The notes beneath the pieces were generated by a model that was given only the letters and a program-made list of their open reading frames with translations, ran no database searches and was not told the origin of the DNA. From contig JAOPZY010000086.1 in NCBI GenBank assembly GCA_025963875.1, forward strand, positions 1-40,039: 40,039 bases of DNA. Reading direction: 5' to 3'. A program made the position numbers and the translations under genes. The first letter of the stretch is position 1; each line of letters opens with the position of its first letter. Shown piece after piece: positions 1 through 8,473 of this stretch. Source of the stretch: Actinomycetota bacterium (lineage in GTDB: Bacteria; Actinomycetota; CADDZG01; JAHWKV01; JAOPZY01).

Positions 1-314
1 ACCAGCTCCGGGCGCTCTGCGCGCCCCACTTCGCAGCAGTGGAGATCCACGGGTTGTTCGGCTCCGAGCGCTACATGGAATTCTTCCGTCGGGAGCGTGC
101 CAAGCTCGACGCCCGCCTGCGCCTGGACCCGCTCCGCCTCCGCCGCTTCGTGCCCCGCCGTCTCAAGAGGGTCCTCTACGACTGGAGCCTGACCCTGGAG
201 CGGGCGAGAGCGGCCGACCCGCTCGCAGCGGACATCGGCCCCGAGGACTTCTCGCTGCGGAACACCGACCTCGACCAGGCGCTCGACCTGTTCGCCGTCG
301 GCTCGAGGGCCTGA
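1..314 (+). CDS. C-terminal part of a probable class I SAM-dependent methyltransferase (5' end outside window)
   Basis: The frame is open from the window edge (QLRALCAPHFAAVEIHGLFGS...ALDLFAV). The 'L..L...F..VE+.G' pattern resembles methyltransferase C-termini, and it lies beside other methyltransferases. The SAM motif is not visible. Confidence 0.55.
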   Translation, partial: QLRALCAPHFAAVEIHGLFGSERYMEFFRRERAKLDARLRLDPLRLRRFVPRRLKRVLYDWSLTLERARAADPLAADIGPEDFSLRNTDLDQALDLFAVGSRA

Positions 315-328
315 CCACCCTCGGCCTT

Positions 329-381
329 TTTCGAGGTGAGGAAATTTTCCCGCGCATACGCGGGATTTCTTACGCACCTCG
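329..381. repeat. AT-rich interrupted palindrome (REP-like), copy A, between convergent genes
   Basis: Outer stem CGAGGTG/CACCTCG and inner stem TCCCGCG-CATA-CGCGGGA. Near-identical to the reverse complement of 32691-32727. Confidence 0.8.
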
Positions 382-394
382 CCGACCCAGATCT

Positions 395-1198
395 TCAGAC
401 GAACGCGTGCACCGTCACCCGGAAGTCGCGGAATGCCGGGACGACGCCGCCGCCGGGCGCCGCCTCCCCGCAGTCGTCGAAGGCGTGGCTTCGCACCGTG
501 GCCACCCGGCTGAAGCCCGCAGCCCGGCACAGGCCGTGCAGTGCCGCTTCCGTCGGCACGTACCAGTTGGTGAAGTCGCCTCCCAGCTCGTCGCCAGGAT
601 GGAAGAGCATGAGGCTGGCGTCGCGATAGCCCTCCACCACGACGGCGTGCGTCTCGATCACCGCCACCTCCCGCGTGATGCGCCGGAGCCGCTCCAGGGC
701 CCACAGCGGCTCCCGAACGTGGTAGAGGTACCCGAGGAAGAGTGAGACGTCGAAGGAGCCCAGCTCGGCGAGGTCCAGGGTCATGAAGTCGCCGACGACG
801 GTCTCGACGCTGCTGGCGAGGGCCGCTCGGGCCAGGTCGAACCCCGCCCGGCCGGGAGCATCGGGCAGCCAGAAGTCGGTGAGGTCCCGGGTCGGGTCCG
901 GGATCCTGCCGAGCGCCCGGCATTCGTCCCAGTACGCCTGCCGCCGGGCGAAGTCGACGCACCAGGCGTAGTGATCGAGCGCCACCACGCGGGTCGCCCC
1001 CAGGCGCTCGGCCGCGAACGAGTAGTAGCCGTCGAAGGCGCCGATGTCGATGACGCTGCGCCCGGCGAGGTCGGGAAGTTCGTCGCCCTGCAGGGGTGGA
1101 GTCTGGGAGACCCCCGGCGTCCTGATGCCGCCGGGGAGGTCGATCGAGTGGTACCAGAACATCGACGCGACCCTGGCGCGCAGTTCCTCAGCGTTCAC
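395..1198 (-). CDS. SAM-dependent methyltransferase, DUF1698/CmoB-like (WYH-type)
   Basis: GTG start overlaps the upstream stop (GTGA). Motifs FWYHSIDL, SVIDIGAFDGYYSF (SAM motif I) and FDVSLFLGYLYH. The ORF-track extension to 1921 is a shadow of the acyltransferase. Confidence 0.85.
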   Translation of the reverse strand: MNAEELRARVASMFWYHSIDLPGGIRTPGVSQTPPLQGDELPDLAGRSVIDIGAFDGYYSFAAERLGATRVVALDHYAWCVDFARRQAYWDECRALGRIPDPTRDLTDFWLPDAPGRAGFDLARAALASSVETVVGDFMTLDLAELGSFDVSLFLGYLYHVREPLWALERLRRITREVAVIETHAVVVEGYRDASLMLFHPGDELGGDFTNWYVPTEAALHGLCRAAGFSRVATVRSHAFDDCGEAAPGGGVVPAFRDFRVTVHAFV

Positions 1199-2469
1199 AG
1201 CCTGCGCAGCGCGGAGCGCCGCCGCGCCCATCGGGTGAGCGGGCGCTCGACCCACACAAACGAGGCCCAGCCAACAAGGATGGAGCCCACGCCCACGAAG
1301 GCGAGCATGCGCAGGAACGCCGTGAGATTGCCCGCCGGGAAGAAGTGCAGCGACGTGAGCGCAAGCTCCACGAACAGCAGGTGGCTGAGATAGATGCCGT
1401 AGCTGATGTCGCCGAGACGGCGGGCAACGCGGTTGGTCACCGGCAGCTGCGCCCACCGCGGCGCCAGGGCGGTGGAGAGCAGCAGGACGGCAAACGAGAT
1501 CGCAAGCGGCGTGGTGGTCGTCCAGTGGTCGAGGGGGCCGGCCGTCTTCGCCAGGTCCCGATGGCCGATCAGCTCCATGCTGAGGATGATGCCCGACAGG
1601 CCCACCACCTGGATCACCACCGTCCAGAGGGAGCCCGCGAAACGGCTGCGGCGCATCTTCACGAACAGCCAGGCGGCCGTCATGCCCAGGGCGAAGTGGC
1701 CGGCGAAGCTTGGGAACTGCGTGATGAGGATCACGCGGGCGGCCCCGGGTGTCGCGACCCCGGGAAGGGACGCAACGTGCAGCGCCGTATGGGTCACGGC
1801 AAGCCTCCACGCTGCGGCGATGGCGAGACCGAGGCCCAGGCCGAGGACCGGGCGGCGGAAGAAGCGCACCGCAACCAGGGGGAGCACGGCGTAGAAGAGC
1901 GCCTCGATCGACAGGGTCCACACCGCCCCGTTGATGCCAAAGCCCTCCGGGAGGGCGACGGCGGTCCCCACGCTGTGCTGGAGGAACGTCGCGTGCAGCA
2001 GGAGGTTGAGGCCGACGTTGTGGCGGGTCAGCCCGTACGCCTTCGTCTGGGTGAGGAAGAACAGCAGCCCGACCGTCGCCGCGAGTGCGACGTAGTAGGC
2101 GGGCAGGATCCGCGTGACCCTGCGGAGGGCGTACGACCGCAGATCCCCGAACCTGCCGTGGGCGGCCGCAACCGGGAGGAAGAGCAGGAACCCACTGAGC
2201 ACGAGGAAGAAATCCACGCCGGCGAAGCCGGCCACGAGGTAGTTGCGGAGCAGGACGGAGCCGAGGAGAGGCAGGCCCGCACCGTACATGCAGTGGTAGA
2301 GGACGACGGAGAGCGCGGCAAAGGCCCGGAACCCGTCGGCCGCCGGCACCCTGATGCGCTCGTGGAGCGCCGGCGCCGCAGCCTGCAAAGGAGCCGGGAC
2401 GGGAACCGGGTGGGCTGGCGGGGGCTTCGGCGCCAAAACCTGGACATCACGGGTCTCGGAGGGTGCCAT
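1195..2469 (-). CDS. Acyltransferase family 3 (OafA/OatA-like) membrane O-acyltransferase
   Basis: Motifs DGFRAFAALSVVLYH, GVDFFLVLSGFLL, RRVTRILPAYY, WTLSIEALFY and LGDISYGIYLSH, with many TM helices. ATG 2469 lies 8 nt below a TAGGAT box. Confidence 0.92.
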   Translation of the reverse strand: MAPSETRDVQVLAPKPPPAHPVPVPAPLQAAAPALHERIRVPAADGFRAFAALSVVLYHCMYGAGLPLLGSVLLRNYLVAGFAGVDFFLVLSGFLLFLPVAAAHGRFGDLRSYALRRVTRILPAYYVALAATVGLLFFLTQTKAYGLTRHNVGLNLLLHATFLQHSVGTAVALPEGFGINGAVWTLSIEALFYAVLPLVAVRFFRRPVLGLGLGLAIAAAWRLAVTHTALHVASLPGVATPGAARVILITQFPSFAGHFALGMTAAWLFVKMRRSRFAGSLWTVVIQVVGLSGIILSMELIGHRDLAKTAGPLDHWTTTTPLAISFAVLLLSTALAPRWAQLPVTNRVARRLGDISYGIYLSHLLFVELALTSLHFFPAGNLTAFLRMLAFVGVGSILVGWASFVWVERPLTRWARRRSALRRL

Positions 2470-2477
2470 CGGGCGTG

Positions 2478-2508
2478 ATCCTACGCTGACCCAACCAGGC
2501 ATTACTAT
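2478..2508. promoter_or_regulatory. Back-to-back divergent leaderless promoters
   Basis: TAGGAT (minus, 2478-2483) is 8 nt before ATG 2469. TACTAT (plus, 2503-2508) is 7 nt before ATG 2516. Neither gene has an SD. Confidence 0.65.
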
Positions 2509-2515
2509 CTCGGCC

Positions 2516-3286
2516 ATGGCCCGAGCCTCCTCCGGGGCCCCCTCCCCGGACCTGCCCACCAAACCTGACGATTCCCGCCTCCAGGGCTGGTACCACACGA
2601 TCGAACTGGGCAACGGCCTGGTTTCGAAGGGTGCCTACGACCTTCGCTCCGTCGTCGACTGCTACGGCATCCCCAAGTCGCTGCGGGGCAAGGAGGTGCT
2701 CGACGTGGCCACGGGAGACGGGTTCTTCGCGTTCGAGATGGAACGGCGCGAGGCGGACCGGGTGGTCGCGATCGACGTCGCACGGGTGGGCGACTGCGAC
2801 TGGACCCCCCACATGCGGACCCGTCTCGGCCCATTTGCCGCCAACGACTCGTGGCCCGCACATTTCCGGATGGCCCACCGGATGCGGCGCTCCAGCGTGG
2901 AGTACCGCTACTGCAGCGTCTACGACCTCTCCCCGTACACCGTCGGCACGTTCGACGTCGTTTTCTGCGGGTCCCTGCTCCTGCATCTGCAGAGTCCGCT
3001 GCTGGCCCTCCACGCCATCCGCTCCATCACCCGGGAAATGGCGATCATCGAGACCGCCGTCCTGCCCGAGCTCGACGAGCAGTTCCCGGGCCGTCCGCTC
3101 CTCTCGTTCGGCTACCAGGGCGAGGAGGCGACACCCGGCGAGCACACCGCCTACTGGATCCTGAGCACGAACGCGCTCGAGAGCATGATGCGCTATGCCG
3201 GCTTCGATCCCGAGCCGCAGGGCACGTTCGTCCTGCCGCCGGTGGGATCCATCGCCACGGCTGTCATCGGCCGGCCTTCTGAGTAG
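2516..3286 (+). CDS. SAM-dependent methyltransferase, DUF1698/CmoB-like; paralog of 395-1198
   Basis: Motifs GWYHTIEL, EVLDVATGDGFFAFE, FDVVFCGSLLLHL and AIIETA. Confidence 0.85.
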   Translation: MARASSGAPSPDLPTKPDDSRLQGWYHTIELGNGLVSKGAYDLRSVVDCYGIPKSLRGKEVLDVATGDGFFAFEMERREADRVVAIDVARVGDCDWTPHMRTRLGPFAANDSWPAHFRMAHRMRRSSVEYRYCSVYDLSPYTVGTFDVVFCGSLLLHLQSPLLALHAIRSITREMAIIETAVLPELDEQFPGRPLLSFGYQGEEATPGEHTAYWILSTNALESMMRYAGFDPEPQGTFVLPPVGSIATAVIGRPSE

Positions 3287-4949
3287 GGCCGTCCGGGAAG
3301 CGGAGCCGGGTTGCGACGTCGCCGGCATAGACGTAGACCGTGAAGACCCCGACGTGGGCCACCTCCAGCGGTGAGCCCAGCGAGGATGGCGGCGGGTCTG
3401 CGATCTTCTGGGGCATGAACGGCAGGCCCACCACCAGGAAGGTCCTCGGCACGGGCTGCGGCCGGTACCAGGTGCTCAACGTGTTGACGTTGAACGGGCA
3501 CAGGGCCCGCTCCCCCGCCGGTGCGCACTCCTCGAGGGAGTAGACGCCGATCTTCCCGGCACCCCGCCACATGAGGCCGAGGGCGTCCCAGTACGACGCA
3601 TACCCGCGGGTGAGCCCCTTCGCCTCCAGGTAGGCGACGAGGGCCGGCCCTTCCTGGGCGAGCGGGTAGGCCTCCCAGTACCGCACGACCTGCGGGATGC
3701 CAAGGGTGCTCATGACGCAGAAGACCGTCGCCAGCACCGCCACGGCTATCTTCGGCCACCCGGCCTCGGCAGCCCAGAGCCCGGCGAGTCCCGCTATGGC
3801 AAGGAACACCGGCACGACGTAGCGGGCCGAGGTCACGTCGCCGATCGGCAGGGTGCTGAAGGCGAACGCGGCGCAGACGACCACCGCCGTGAGGGCCCAG
3901 AACAGCACGTACAGAACCAACGCCAGGCTGCGGTCGCGGTCCCGGCGGTGCCGGACGAGCGGAAGGAGCAGCCGCAACGCCGCCGCGACGGCGGCCAGGC
4001 AGAGCAGGATCGTGACGGCGCCCGCCATCGACAGCACCCCGGACGGGACGCCTGGGAACTCCTCGTTGCCGAACGCCAGGATGCTGTGGGCGAGGAGCTC
4101 GAGGTTGGCGGGCACCTGGGACCACGGCGCCAGGCCGATGGGCAACGTCGGCACGATCCGGAAACCGAGCCCGCGCATGATGCGGCCGGTGGCGACGTCG
4201 CCGAGGACCGCGACGGCCGCCAGGACCCCGGCGGCCCTGGCCACCCGGGCGCTCGCCGGCGACCGCAGCAGCAGCCAGGCCCCCACTGCGGCGCCCAGCA
4301 ACGGTGCCATGCCGCTGAGGAGCAGGAGGGGATCCGACGCCAGGCCGGCGCCGGCGACCACCCCGACCACGGCCACTGCCAGCCACCGCCGGCGACGCTC
4401 TTTTGGGCCCGAGGCGCCCCTCAAGGCGCCGGATCCAGGCTCGGCGAGACCTACCAGGCAGGCGACCAGGAGCGCACCGGTGAGCCAGGTGGGACCGCGC
4501 AGCTCGTAGGCGTTGTGGAAGGCGATGGGGCTGGCGCAGAGGGCAATGGCAAAGACCAGGAGCCCGGCGGCCTTGCCCGCAGCACGGCGGGCGGCCCAGG
4601 CCAGCACGGCGACGGCGAGGAACGACGTCGCCAGGGAGAAGCCCGTCCAGATGCCCCGGTGGAACGGGAAGGAGCGTGTGGCGAAGTCGAAGAGGAACGT
4701 CGACCAGTAGTTGGCGACGCTGACGTTCGCCACGCCGGCGGCCTGGTGCGCCATCTCCCCGGCGAGGATCGGAATGGACGCGACGTCGCTGTTCCAGAAG
4801 ACGGCGGCAACCAGCCGTCGGAGGTGGACCGCGAGCACCACCGCGTAGGCAGCTGCTGCGGCGGCCGGCGGCCAGAGGGCGGCCCGCTCGGCGATGCTGA
4901 GGAAACTGGTTGTCGTCTGGCGACCTTCGGTTTCCTCAGTCTGGCTCAA
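3264..4949 (-). CDS. Multi-pass membrane protein, probable GT-C fold glycosyltransferase
   Basis: About 12 TM segments. The acidic FWNSD loop follows TM1. Late SARY and GYASYW motifs and an extracytoplasmic C-terminal domain are present. Operonic with the GT4 genes. Confidence 0.65.
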   Translation of the reverse strand: MSQTEETEGRQTTTSFLSIAERAALWPPAAAAAAYAVVLAVHLRRLVAAVFWNSDVASIPILAGEMAHQAAGVANVSVANYWSTFLFDFATRSFPFHRGIWTGFSLATSFLAVAVLAWAARRAAGKAAGLLVFAIALCASPIAFHNAYELRGPTWLTGALLVACLVGLAEPGSGALRGASGPKERRRRWLAVAVVGVVAGAGLASDPLLLLSGMAPLLGAAVGAWLLLRSPASARVARAAGVLAAVAVLGDVATGRIMRGLGFRIVPTLPIGLAPWSQVPANLELLAHSILAFGNEEFPGVPSGVLSMAGAVTILLCLAAVAAALRLLLPLVRHRRDRDRSLALVLYVLFWALTAVVVCAAFAFSTLPIGDVTSARYVVPVFLAIAGLAGLWAAEAGWPKIAVAVLATVFCVMSTLGIPQVVRYWEAYPLAQEGPALVAYLEAKGLTRGYASYWDALGLMWRGAGKIGVYSLEECAPAGERALCPFNVNTLSTWYRPQPVPRTFLVVGLPFMPQKIADPPPSSLGSPLEVAHVGVFTVYVYAGDVATRLRFPDGPTQKAGR

Positions 4950-5589
4950 CGTCGCCGTTCGGGTCTCCTTGAAGGCGCGCCCGCTCGGCGGCGGCCCGCT
5001 CCTGCACCTGGGCGGTGAGCGATGCCCAGTCCACCGGGCCTTGTGCCTGCCAGCGCGGCAGGTCCGCCGGCGGCGGGAAGCGGGCCCGAACCGCGGCGGG
5101 CCGGGGTCCCGGCTTGACCCGCACCCTGCCCGGGGGCATGTGCATGACCGCCGTCACGTGGTTGCGCACCGGCTCGGAGGACACGAGGATCTCGTCGATC
5201 GCCGCCCAGATGAAGCGGCCCGAGAGCCCGCCGCCTCCGCCGGGGACGTCGCTCATGTCGCCGACGTCGGCGATCGTGCGGCGCCAGAGCCTGAGCGACA
5301 GGGCCAGGAGCGCGCTGTCCAGCACCCGTCTGGCCTGGGACTGCTCGGGCCGGAAGAGCAGGCCGCGGCTCACTTGCAGGTGGAGGACGTCGAAGCTGCG
5401 CGCCCGGCGGGCGAGGCCGATCGCCCCCTTCACCCCGGCGAGAGGGCCGTGGTGGTCGGCGGCGCTCGGCAGGGGCGACATCACCTCGACGGCGTGGCCC
5501 TCGTGCAGGAGGTCCTGGACGGTCCGCAGAGCTGCCGATGCGGCAACCTCCGGCGAGGGCGGGAACGGACCCGCCACGAGCACCCTCAA
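4936..5589 (-). CDS. Hypothetical protein resembling an isolated GT-B N-terminal domain
   Basis: TTG start overlaps the upstream stop (TTGA). Begins RVLVAGPFPP and contains FDVLHLQ. No EXF nucleotide-sugar motif. Confidence 0.7.
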   Translation of the reverse strand: MRVLVAGPFPPSPEVAASAALRTVQDLLHEGHAVEVMSPLPSAADHHGPLAGVKGAIGLARRARSFDVLHLQVSRGLLFRPEQSQARRVLDSALLALSLRLWRRTIADVGDMSDVPGGGGGLSGRFIWAAIDEILVSSEPVRNHVTAVMHMPPGRVRVKPGPRPAAVRARFPPPADLPRWQAQGPVDWASLTAQVQERAAAERARLQGDPNGDVEPD

Positions 5590-6785
5590 AGGAGCGCCTT
5601 CAGCGAGTGCTCCATCCGGTCGAGCACCTCGGCCCATGGATAGTTCTCCAGGACGTAGGCCCTGCCGTTCTCGGCGAGGCCCTTCGCCAGCGCAGGCGCC
5701 TGCTCGACGAGCAGCAGGCACTGGGCCAGCTCGAAGTCGTCCTCGTACACCAGGCCGCCCCGCGACCGCTCGCAGTGCCACCGCACCACGGCACCCTGGG
5801 CGCTGGCGACGACGGGCGTGCCGGCCAGCCAGGACTCCATGACCGTACGGGAGAAACTCTCGTTGGCGCTGGGCTGGAGGTAGGCCTCGGCGGCTGCGAA
5901 GGCGTTGTTGCGCTCCGCCTCGCTGAGGAAGCCGAGATCCCGCACCCTCCTGGCGAGGGACGCCGGGATGATCGGCTTCCCGGCCCCGATGGTGACGAGG
6001 TCGAGGGCGAGCCCGTAGGTCTCGACCGCCAGCTCGAACCCCGCCATGAGGCGGTCCCAGCCCTTCTCGGGCTCCCGGCGGCCTGCGAAGAGGGCGAAGG
6101 GCTTGTCGATACGGCGGCGGCGGCGGAATCCCTCGGGGTCGTAGTCCTTCGGCACGCCGACGCCGGCCCCCGTCACGACGTGGTCCGGAAGGGGGGCCAG
6201 GCTCCGCGCCACCTCGTACTCGGGCTCGGACAGGAACCAGAGCAGCGCCGGTTTGGCGAGCGTCGCCCGGAAGAGATCCAGGTGGGCGTAGGACTCGTCG
6301 TGCACGCACGGCATGAGCACGGTCCGTTCCGGGGCCACGTCGACACAGGCGACGGTGATCCACGACAGGTACGGGGAGACGACGATGGCCTGGTAGCGCT
6401 CGGCGTGCTCGAGGAGGTACCGGAACAGGGCCGGGACCCGGAGCGTGGCGTTGATCCAGCGGCACTGGTCGTCGTAGGAGAGGGGCAGCCCCAGCAGGAT
6501 GCGCCGGCCGAGGGCGTCCCGTTCCTCGACCACCGGCGGGATCGCCGGGAACCGCCGGAGGGTCAGGTTCCCGAGGCGGGTGACCCCGGCCGGGTACTCG
6601 TTGCGCCAGGTGTAGTGGTCCCGGGCGCACGTGGTGAGCACGTCGACCTCCCAGCCGCGGGCGGCAAGGCCCTCGGCGGCTTCCCGCATCACCGCCTCGG
6701 AGCCGCCGACGACGTCGTCGCCGAACCGAGGGGTGATGAAGGCGATCTTGGCCCTGCTCGGGATGGAGGGCTCCGGATCAGGCAT
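5586..6785 (-). CDS. Glycosyltransferase family 4
   Basis: IAFITPRFG..VVGGSE, VDVLTTCA, GRREPEKG, QPSANESFSRTVMESW. Confidence 0.92.
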   Translation of the reverse strand: MPDPEPSIPSRAKIAFITPRFGDDVVGGSEAVMREAAEGLAARGWEVDVLTTCARDHYTWRNEYPAGVTRLGNLTLRRFPAIPPVVEERDALGRRILLGLPLSYDDQCRWINATLRVPALFRYLLEHAERYQAIVVSPYLSWITVACVDVAPERTVLMPCVHDESYAHLDLFRATLAKPALLWFLSEPEYEVARSLAPLPDHVVTGAGVGVPKDYDPEGFRRRRRIDKPFALFAGRREPEKGWDRLMAGFELAVETYGLALDLVTIGAGKPIIPASLARRVRDLGFLSEAERNNAFAAAEAYLQPSANESFSRTVMESWLAGTPVVASAQGAVVRWHCERSRGGLVYEDDFELAQCLLLVEQAPALAKGLAENGRAYVLENYPWAEVLDRMEHSLKALL

Positions 6786-7872
6786 CGAGAAACTGCCGGA
6801 GGGCGTCGAGCATCATCCGGCGCGTGTTGGCCAGCGAAAGCTCCTCGACCCTGGCGTGGCCCGCCTTGACGAGACCGGCCCTGAGCTCGGGATCGCCCAG
6901 CACCTGCCGGGCCGCGACGGCAACGGCCACCGGATCCTTCGTGTCGAGCAGCAGGGCGGCGTCGCCCACCGTCTCGGGCACGGCGGTGGCGGCGTAGGCG
7001 ACCACCGGCATGCCGGCGTGCATCGCCTCGAGGAGCGGCACGCCGAAGCCCTCGTGCTCGGACATCGAGACGAAGAGGTCGGCGGAGCGGTAGTACGCGA
7101 GCAGGTCGCCCGGCGAGATGGTGTCGGCGAACTCGACGGAGGCCCGCAACTCCAGCTCCCGGCAGAGCGATTCCAGCGCCCCCCAGTAGGACTCCGACGT
7201 GGCCCCGCCGACCAGCGACAGGCGGGCCTGGGGGTCGAAGGCCGCCCGGTAGACGGCGAAGGCGCCGATGAGGTCGTGATGGCACTTGTTCGGAGCCACC
7301 CGCCCGACGTAGAGCCAGTGGGCACCGCCGCTGTGGGCCGCCTGCTTGAGGCGGGCCAGCCGCCGCCGGTCGGCCGGGGCGTCGAACTGGGCGAAGTCGA
7401 GGAGGATCGGCACGACCCGCGCTGTGGGGAAGCCGAGGTCGCCCAGGTCCTCGGCGCTGAAATGCGAGTGGGCGATTGCCACGTCGCAGCGGGAGGCGAG
7501 CTGCGCCAGCTGGCGGCGGGCGAGGCGCATGTTGTCCGATGCCCCCGGCGACCACCGCTCGAAGAAGGCCGGGTCTGTGACGTTGTGGTAGTCGACGAAG
7601 AACGGTCCTTCCCAGGCGAGCAGCGAGTCGAAGTTCCGGCAGCCGGTGGAGGCGTGATAGAGGAGGCCCGTGGTTTTGCTGGCGCTCTGGGCCAGGGCTC
7701 CGAACAGGTGCGCCTTGCTGCGCATCTCCGGATGGATGTCCTCCGAGAAGATCTCGGAGGCGAGGCCCAGGGACCGGATCAGGCGCTGCGTCTCGAGCAC
7801 GTGGGACCCGATGGCGTCCCGGTCGGCGAAGGTCGGGAGGAACTGGTGGATCGCGCCGAGCCTTTCGGTCAT
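6778..7872 (-). CDS. Glycosyltransferase family 4
   Basis: ATG 7872 overlaps the upstream stop (ATGA). Motifs DAIG, YHNVT, YVGRVAPNK and SEHEGFGVPLLEAM. Confidence 0.92.
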   Translation of the reverse strand: MTERLGAIHQFLPTFADRDAIGSHVLETQRLIRSLGLASEIFSEDIHPEMRSKAHLFGALAQSASKTTGLLYHASTGCRNFDSLLAWEGPFFVDYHNVTDPAFFERWSPGASDNMRLARRQLAQLASRCDVAIAHSHFSAEDLGDLGFPTARVVPILLDFAQFDAPADRRRLARLKQAAHSGGAHWLYVGRVAPNKCHHDLIGAFAVYRAAFDPQARLSLVGGATSESYWGALESLCRELELRASVEFADTISPGDLLAYYRSADLFVSMSEHEGFGVPLLEAMHAGMPVVAYAATAVPETVGDAALLLDTKDPVAVAVAARQVLGDPELRAGLVKAGHARVEELSLANTRRMMLDALRQFLDA

Positions 7873-8306
7873 GAGTGGTCGCCCCGCTCCCGGGCTTCGG
7901 CCTCCAGCCTGGCCACCCGGTCGCGGAGGTCGTCGACCTCCTCCTTGACGCCGTCGACCCGCTCCACGAGCGCCTCGCCGAGGCGGACCATGGCCTGTCC
8001 CAGGTCGCTCACCTGGTCGCCCAGGTACTTGAGGTACCAGGCGGTGAGCCGCTTGACGACGGTCTTGGCCGCCTTGGCGCCCCGCCGGCGCGTCCGCAGC
8101 GGGGCGTCGACATCGATCCGGGCCTCCTGGGTGACGAGGGCCAGCGCACCCGGCACGTCGAGCGTGGCGGGGAGCGGGTCGAGGCGCCGGACCGCCGCCC
8201 GGACCCTCGCCGCATAGGCGACGGGGAAGCTGGGGGCCGCCTCGAGCTCGGCGACCGCCGCCTCCAGCCCGGCGCCGGCCTGGCCGTTCGTCTGTTCGAT
8301 CCTCAC
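7869..8306 (-). CDS. Small amphipathic-helix/coiled-coil protein, first gene of the GT operon
   Basis: GTG 8306. KTVVKRLTAWYLKYLGDQV is followed by the heptad-like LVERVDGVKEEVDDLRDRVARLE. Confidence 0.75.
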   Translation of the reverse strand: MRIEQTNGQAGAGLEAAVAELEAAPSFPVAYAARVRAAVRRLDPLPATLDVPGALALVTQEARIDVDAPLRTRRRGAKAAKTVVKRLTAWYLKYLGDQVSDLGQAMVRLGEALVERVDGVKEEVDDLRDRVARLEAEARERGDHS

Positions 8307-8400
8307 GCCGTTGTTGTACCACCCACCTCCCCAACCCCGCCGGGTTGCCGTGTTCGTACTTTGGCACCCTGTGAACACGTGCCTCGGCACACGCCGAAAC

Positions 8401-8449
8401 CTTCTTTGGGTGATAAGTGGTCAATATGGCGGCTATTCACACAAAGAAG
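8401..8449. repeat. AT-rich interrupted palindrome (REP-like)
   Basis: Stems CTTCTTTG/CAAAGAAG and GTGA/TCAC, with central ATATG (CATAT on the minus strand). Confidence 0.65.
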
Positions 8450-8473
8450 AGTGGCGAGGGGGGCTCTTGGGGG

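Noticed and set aside
1199..1921. ORF-track N-terminal extensions (395..1921, 4936..6630, 6778..8424, 14386..15564, 16422..17996, 25543..27759, 27111..29357) read as gene fusions
   Set aside because: The extensions overlap upstream genes in another frame. The real starts coincide with stop/start overlaps.
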